Assembly: GCA_965203295.1 (NCBI GenBank)
Contig: CBDBCZ010000018.1
Location: forward strand, 768,001-832,000
Source of the DNA: Nitrospirales bacterium
GTDB taxonomy: Bacteria > Nitrospirota > Nitrospiria > Nitrospirales > UBA8639
Reading direction: 5' to 3'
DNA length: 64,000 nt
Each line of letters opens with the position of its first letter. The first letter of the stretch is position 1. The notes below the pieces were generated by a model, which saw nothing but the letters and a program-made list of their open reading frames with translations, was not told the origin of the DNA and did no database searches. Positions 62,511 to 64,000 of the stretch are shown here, piece after piece. A program made the position numbers and the translations under genes.

Positions 62511-63381
62511 GTTGTGCGTGTTGGTGGCAGTGTCGTGATGTGAGGAATTGCTCTGCTTGGTTTGTGCTTGAGAATGTGGGATTTGAGGAGCGAAGTGCAT
62601 TTTGATGGGAGTATAGTATGCATATTCCTGCGAAGGTTTGGGTTCATCATGGAGTACGGTAGTATCATGGAGTATGGTAGTGCTCCATATGTAGAGATGG
62701 CATGGGGAAAAAATGGCGGCCCCATATAACGCGTACAAAATTATACGTTCAAACCTCGGCTCTGATTACAGACATAGGCTTTCATGAGCCATATCATGAC
62801 ACCTCGAGTGTTTTTATCAGCAACAACACTGTCAGCGGTGCTATAAAGCTTCGCTGGAGTACCAGACCAGCAAGTCGGCACACTGGGGGGGGGGGGGGGC
62901 TAATGGACTAATTCTTCTTTGTTTGTTTGTTTCTTTCTTTCTTCAGCCAGGCTAGCACTGACTGAAACTATCACGATGATTCAAGTGCGAACACGTTAGA
63001 TATTCCCTGGGGTATTGCACTCGTAGCATAACGTTTTCGAAGAAACCAAACAGGTTCAGCAGTGATTCACGAGTACTCTCGAGGTGATGCCTGCCGTTTT
63101 ACGTTCCATTCCGGGTTTTAGAAACCGCAGACTTCACGTGTTCATCTATTTAACGCCTGCTCTGATCGTGCCAGCTGTCCGGGCCTGAGCTGCATCTCCC
63201 GGTTCATCACTTTGTAAGTCACCCAAACTTTTCACTAGAATATACTTACTCACATGGCTGGTTCTTATTTTGGTTGACCCAAGTCCAAACAGCTTCTGGC
63301 TACTGGTACTGTTTAAGGTAGGAAAAGCCTCAGCCCGAATCCAGGATTCAAATGGATGGCTTTGTTGAGAACATAAAAGTC

Positions 63382-63820
63382 CAGAGGAGGTACGTCAGCA
63401 TCACGTGCTAAGAGGCAACTAGTCACATGACCGGTAAGTATATCGAGCTATTTTACTTGGAAGAGACGATCTGTGCGTTTGTGCGTTACTTTTCCGAGAG
63501 GTATTCCAGCTAATGACTGCTATAAATCAGCAGTCAATACTTTCTACCATCATTGTAGGCATCTACCGTACTTCTAGCGAGTGGCTTACCGATATACTCT
63601 TGTAGTTCAGCCCGATCTTTAGGTCCATGATTTTTGCCTTCAAAAAGTAAGCCTTTTGAGCGTCTGAGCCCCTCTGAGCCCCCGGCAAAATAGCGAGAAA
63701 ATCGAGGTTTTAGCTGCCAACTGCACTTGTACGCATGCGTAATAGCTAAAAGAACGCAATTAATCGTGCACGCCAGTGCATGACGTAATGCTTAATTCAA
63801 ACCTTGACGTACCTCCTCTG
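63382..63820. mobile_element. Non-autonomous DNA transposon with perfect 16-bp TIR and 9-bp TSD
   Basis: CAGAGGAGGTACGTCA ... TGACGTACCTCCTCTG flanked on both sides by ATAAAAGTC (63373-63381, 63821-63829). Confidence 0.9.
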
Positions 63821-64000
63821 ATAAAAGTCTACCTCAAATTGACGAAAAGGACGCATCTAACCACACCTTCTGCTAAATAATCCACAAAAAAGCAATTTCG
63901 GGTTGTTTACTAAGACGAAAAATTTGGGAATCTACTAGAGCCCCACCCACAGTAAGTCAACTTCACCAGTACCTACACAGGAAAGGCTACAAACGTAGGG

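Noticed and set aside
62080..62738. Thr/His-rich mucin-like ORFs
   Set aside because: Products of the 96-bp minisatellite, open in several frames, with no signal peptide.

Overview
This is AT-rich, CpG-depleted, intron-containing animal DNA; the gene content points to a demosponge (inference, species not identifiable). (1) Three paralogous single-coding-exon genes encode a signal peptide, Chlamydia-Pmp-like GGA(L/I)...FxxN beta-helix repeats, a Cys-rich stalk and a multi-pass (~7TM) region. Two look intact, one is frameshifted and 3'-truncated, and there is an extra 5' fragment capped by telomere-like repeats. (2) A complete ~24-exon ABCB1/P-glycoprotein gene lies on the minus strand (17447-31684). 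(3) The main novelty is a tandem minus-strand cluster (34.3-51.8 kb) of small secreted precursor genes: five intronless, one two-exon gene missed by the ORF track, and one pseudogene. They share a signal peptide, an Arg/Ser/Thr/Gly-rich cationic tract, an acidic spacer and a hydrophobic CX3C-(variable, usually Pro-rich loop)-CX3C hairpin, with paired cysteine losses implying nested disulfides. (4) Mobile and repeat DNA includes a LINE fragment, a tRNA-derived SINE head, several MITE families, a minimal hammerhead ribozyme, and micro/minisatellites. No database searches were run.
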